Of a DNA stretch of 64,000 bases, positions 61,575 through 64,000 are shown piece by piece. Location of the stretch: positions 90,528,092 to 90,592,091 of the forward strand of contig NC_068989.1 of assembly GCF_001194135.2 (NCBI RefSeq), given 5' to 3'. Both the position numbers and the translations under genes were made by a program. The number at the start of each line of letters is the position of its first letter. Within the stretch, counting starts at the first letter, position 1. The stretch is from Octopus bimaculoides (taxonomy: Eukaryota). The notes under the pieces are model-generated. The model did no database searches and was not told the origin of the DNA. It saw nothing but the letters and a program-made list of their open reading frames with translations.

Positions 61575-62645
61575 ATCTATTTTAAATCATAATGCATTGA
61601 CCATTTTTGTTTGATTAACTGTATTTTAGTTTTGATTCCATGGGATTGAGCCCTGTCTATGTACGTGTGTGTGGAGGGGTGTAGGCAGGGTTAAGGGGTT
61701 TAAGAAGTTTTCTTTATGTGAATCGAGTCCTTAGTTCAGTCTCACTTCACTGTGTAGCATCTCGGGCCTGTATCTTGGGAATGAATTTGGAATGGGAGCA
61801 AAATGTGTTGGAAATCCCTCAGATGGACTGTACCTATACTGAAAGGGTCAGTTGGCCCCTTTTTATACATACACACACTCACACTCACTATGTCACATTG
61901 GTTCTACCTGAAAACTTCTTCAAACAGCCAACTACACCCTGTGATATGCTGATTCTTAATGGTACATGTGTCTGTGGTATATTCAACCAGTTCTACTATA
62001 ATTCAATGATCAGGTTGTTCAATTGATTGAACAGCTGGGAAACACATTGTTGAAACCAGATGAACCATTCACATAGATTGTGTACGTGTCAGAAGCGTTC
62101 ATTTATTATTCAGGTGGTCAGTTGTTGAATTGGTTGTATTTGCAGATACAATATATATATATTGGGTCTATTGAGATCAGGTGTGTAGCCTCAGTTCAGG
62201 TGGGTAGAGCTGCCTTTCATCTTCTTGGTTTGATAAATCTGAGTACCAGTGAAGTACTGCACCTGGCTTAATCAACTACACCTTCACCTTAAATTTAGGG
62301 CTTTGTACCCAGATCATCGTCATCATTTTAACATCCACTTTTCTGTGCTTGCATGGGTTAGATGAAGTTTATTGAAGCATTCTTGTTCTCTATGGCTAGA
62401 TGCCCTTCCTGTCACCAATCCCCACCTGTTTCTAAGCAAGGCAATATTTCTTCATAACCAGATATGTCTTTTAGCAGAATATTAGAAATGAATGGCACTG
62501 TTTTTGTGATGGTGGCACTCATTTACAACTCTGAGGTAGCTGAGTATTATGGCTGGTTGCTGAGTTGCACTTTTGCAGTTCAAGCTCAATTTTTGATTGA
62601 TGATTGAGCCATGTTACCACAGATCAGTCTGTGATAAACATAACA

Positions 62646-62880
62646 GTGCTGGTGGCATGTAAAAAGCACCATTTGAGCATGGTTGATGCCAGTATTGCTT
62701 GACTGGCTCCCATGCTGGTGGCATGTAAAAAGCACCGTCCAAGCATGGTTGATGCCAGTACTTCCTTACTGTTCCTCGTGCTGGTGGCACACAAAAAGCA
62801 CCATTCAAGCGAGGTCGATGCTAGTACTGCCTTACTAGCCCTCATGCCGGTGGCACATATAAAGCACCCACAACACTCCA
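62646..62880 (+). repeat. Four 66-nt tandem units (RTE 3'UTR array), no tail
   Basis: Unit cores start at 62646, 62712, 62778 and 62844. Confidence 0.88.
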
Positions 62881-63434
62881 AAAATACCAGTTTTCAGTGA
62901 TGCAATGCAACAGTATTGAAGAATAACTCTGACCGTAATAATCTAAGACTAATGGAAATATATAATATTTGCACGACACACCTGTGTAGTGAAGATACTT
63001 ACTTCCCTGCTACTTGGTTCCAGGTTCAGTTTCATTGCATGGTACCTTGAACAAGTTTCTTTTACTTTAGCCTCAGGCCAACCAAAGCTCTGTGAGTGAA
63101 TTTGATCGATGGAATCTCTATTGTCATCACATCCTGAAAATCCAACAAAGTGTTTAACCAAAATATGCACAAATGAACACACATATCCATATACACCCAA
63201 ACATTGGCTTAATGGTTTAGGCACCTGCCCCTCCAAAAACAAAAACCCCTACACACATACCACCCCTCTCCTGCATATACTTTCACCCATCAGACTCTTG
63301 GATTACAACCAAGGGACCACTCAATAGACCCTTTTTCATTTGTGTCCCACAACTTCATTTTGTCATTTTGCACAATGCCCAAAAGCTGGATATGACATTT
63401 TTTTTACCATATCTACCATCCCTGAAGAGCACAT

Positions 63435-63739
63435 GGTACTTATTTAATTGACCCCGAAAGGATGAAAGGCAAAGTCAACCTCGGTGGAATTTGAACTCAG
63501 AACGTAGCGGCAGACAAAATGCCGCTAAGCATTTCGCCACCTTTTATTTGTTTCAGTCATTTGACTGCGGCCATGCTGGAGCACTGCCTTTAGTCGAGCA
63601 AATCAACCTGAGGACTTATTCTTTGTAAGCCTAGTATTTATTCTATTAGTCTCTTTTGCTGGCCTGCTAAGTTACGGGGACGTAAACACACCAGCATCGG
63701 TTGTCAAGTGATAGTGGTGGGGAAAACACAGATACATAA

Positions 63740-63785
<46 letters not shown>

Positions 63786-63867
63786 ATATGACAGGCTTCT
63801 TTCAGTTTCTGTCTACCAAATCCACTCACAAGGCTTTTGTAAGCAAGCTACTTACCCACACAGCCAC
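63435..63867 (-). mobile_element. Family B fragment (63435-63540) abutting a family A SINE with an internal deletion (63541-63867)
   Basis: gaccccgaaaggatgaaaggcaaagtcaacctcgg... then gtcatttgactgcggccatgctggagc...; aaggcttttgt|aagcaagctac skips the CORE-like block. Confidence 0.8.
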
Positions 63868-64000
63868 CTGTACCTTCTGGTGGTAGCCTCAGCATGGGTG
63901 AGCTATGGGGACTTGGTCGAAGCACAATAGCGTCTATAAATTTATCATTGGTGGTTCTTTTACTTGTTTCAGTTGTTAGACTGTGGCCATGCTGGGGCAG

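Noticed and set aside
62646-62880. Repeat-spacer look resembling a CRISPR array (25-nt core plus about 41-nt spacer)
   Set aside because: The spacers are homologous to each other, there are no cas genes, the context is eukaryotic, and the units belong to an RTE 3'UTR.

Overview
Animal genomic DNA from a gapped scaffold (8 N-runs), AT-rich and very dense in microsatellites. The SINE/LINE repertoire suggests an octopus or other coleoid cephalopod; this is an inference from repeat content. One protein-coding gene crosses the window on the + strand and encodes part of a very large coiled-coil protein in the style of pericentrin/AKAP9 (not identified). Three coding exons are supported, all phase 0 and joining in frame: 2859-5351 (2493 nt), 52529-52696 and 59198-59317. 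The introns are about 47.2 kb and 6.5 kb. The rest is intronic and filled with tRNA-headed SINEs (CORE-like and other modular families), about 20 RTE-LINE 3' ends with a tandem-unit 3'UTR, RTE/Expander and CR1 ORF remnants, two Penelope GIY-YIG remnants, and hAT, Tigger-like and piggyBac-like MITEs. The most interesting unexplained structure is a set of short fold-back inverted repeats in the large intron. Two of them (35813-35963 and 38506-38775) are built from degenerate minimal hammerhead-ribozyme-like cores facing outward, so in the host pre-mRNA the sense core would pair with its own antisense copy. Other leads are a pre-miRNA-sized hairpin (29732-29790), a 24-unit CCAAT-containing array, an RFX X-box cluster and an inverted pair of octamer+CCAAT arms. 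All coordinates were read by eye, and repeat boundaries are approximate. No database search or RNA folding program was run.
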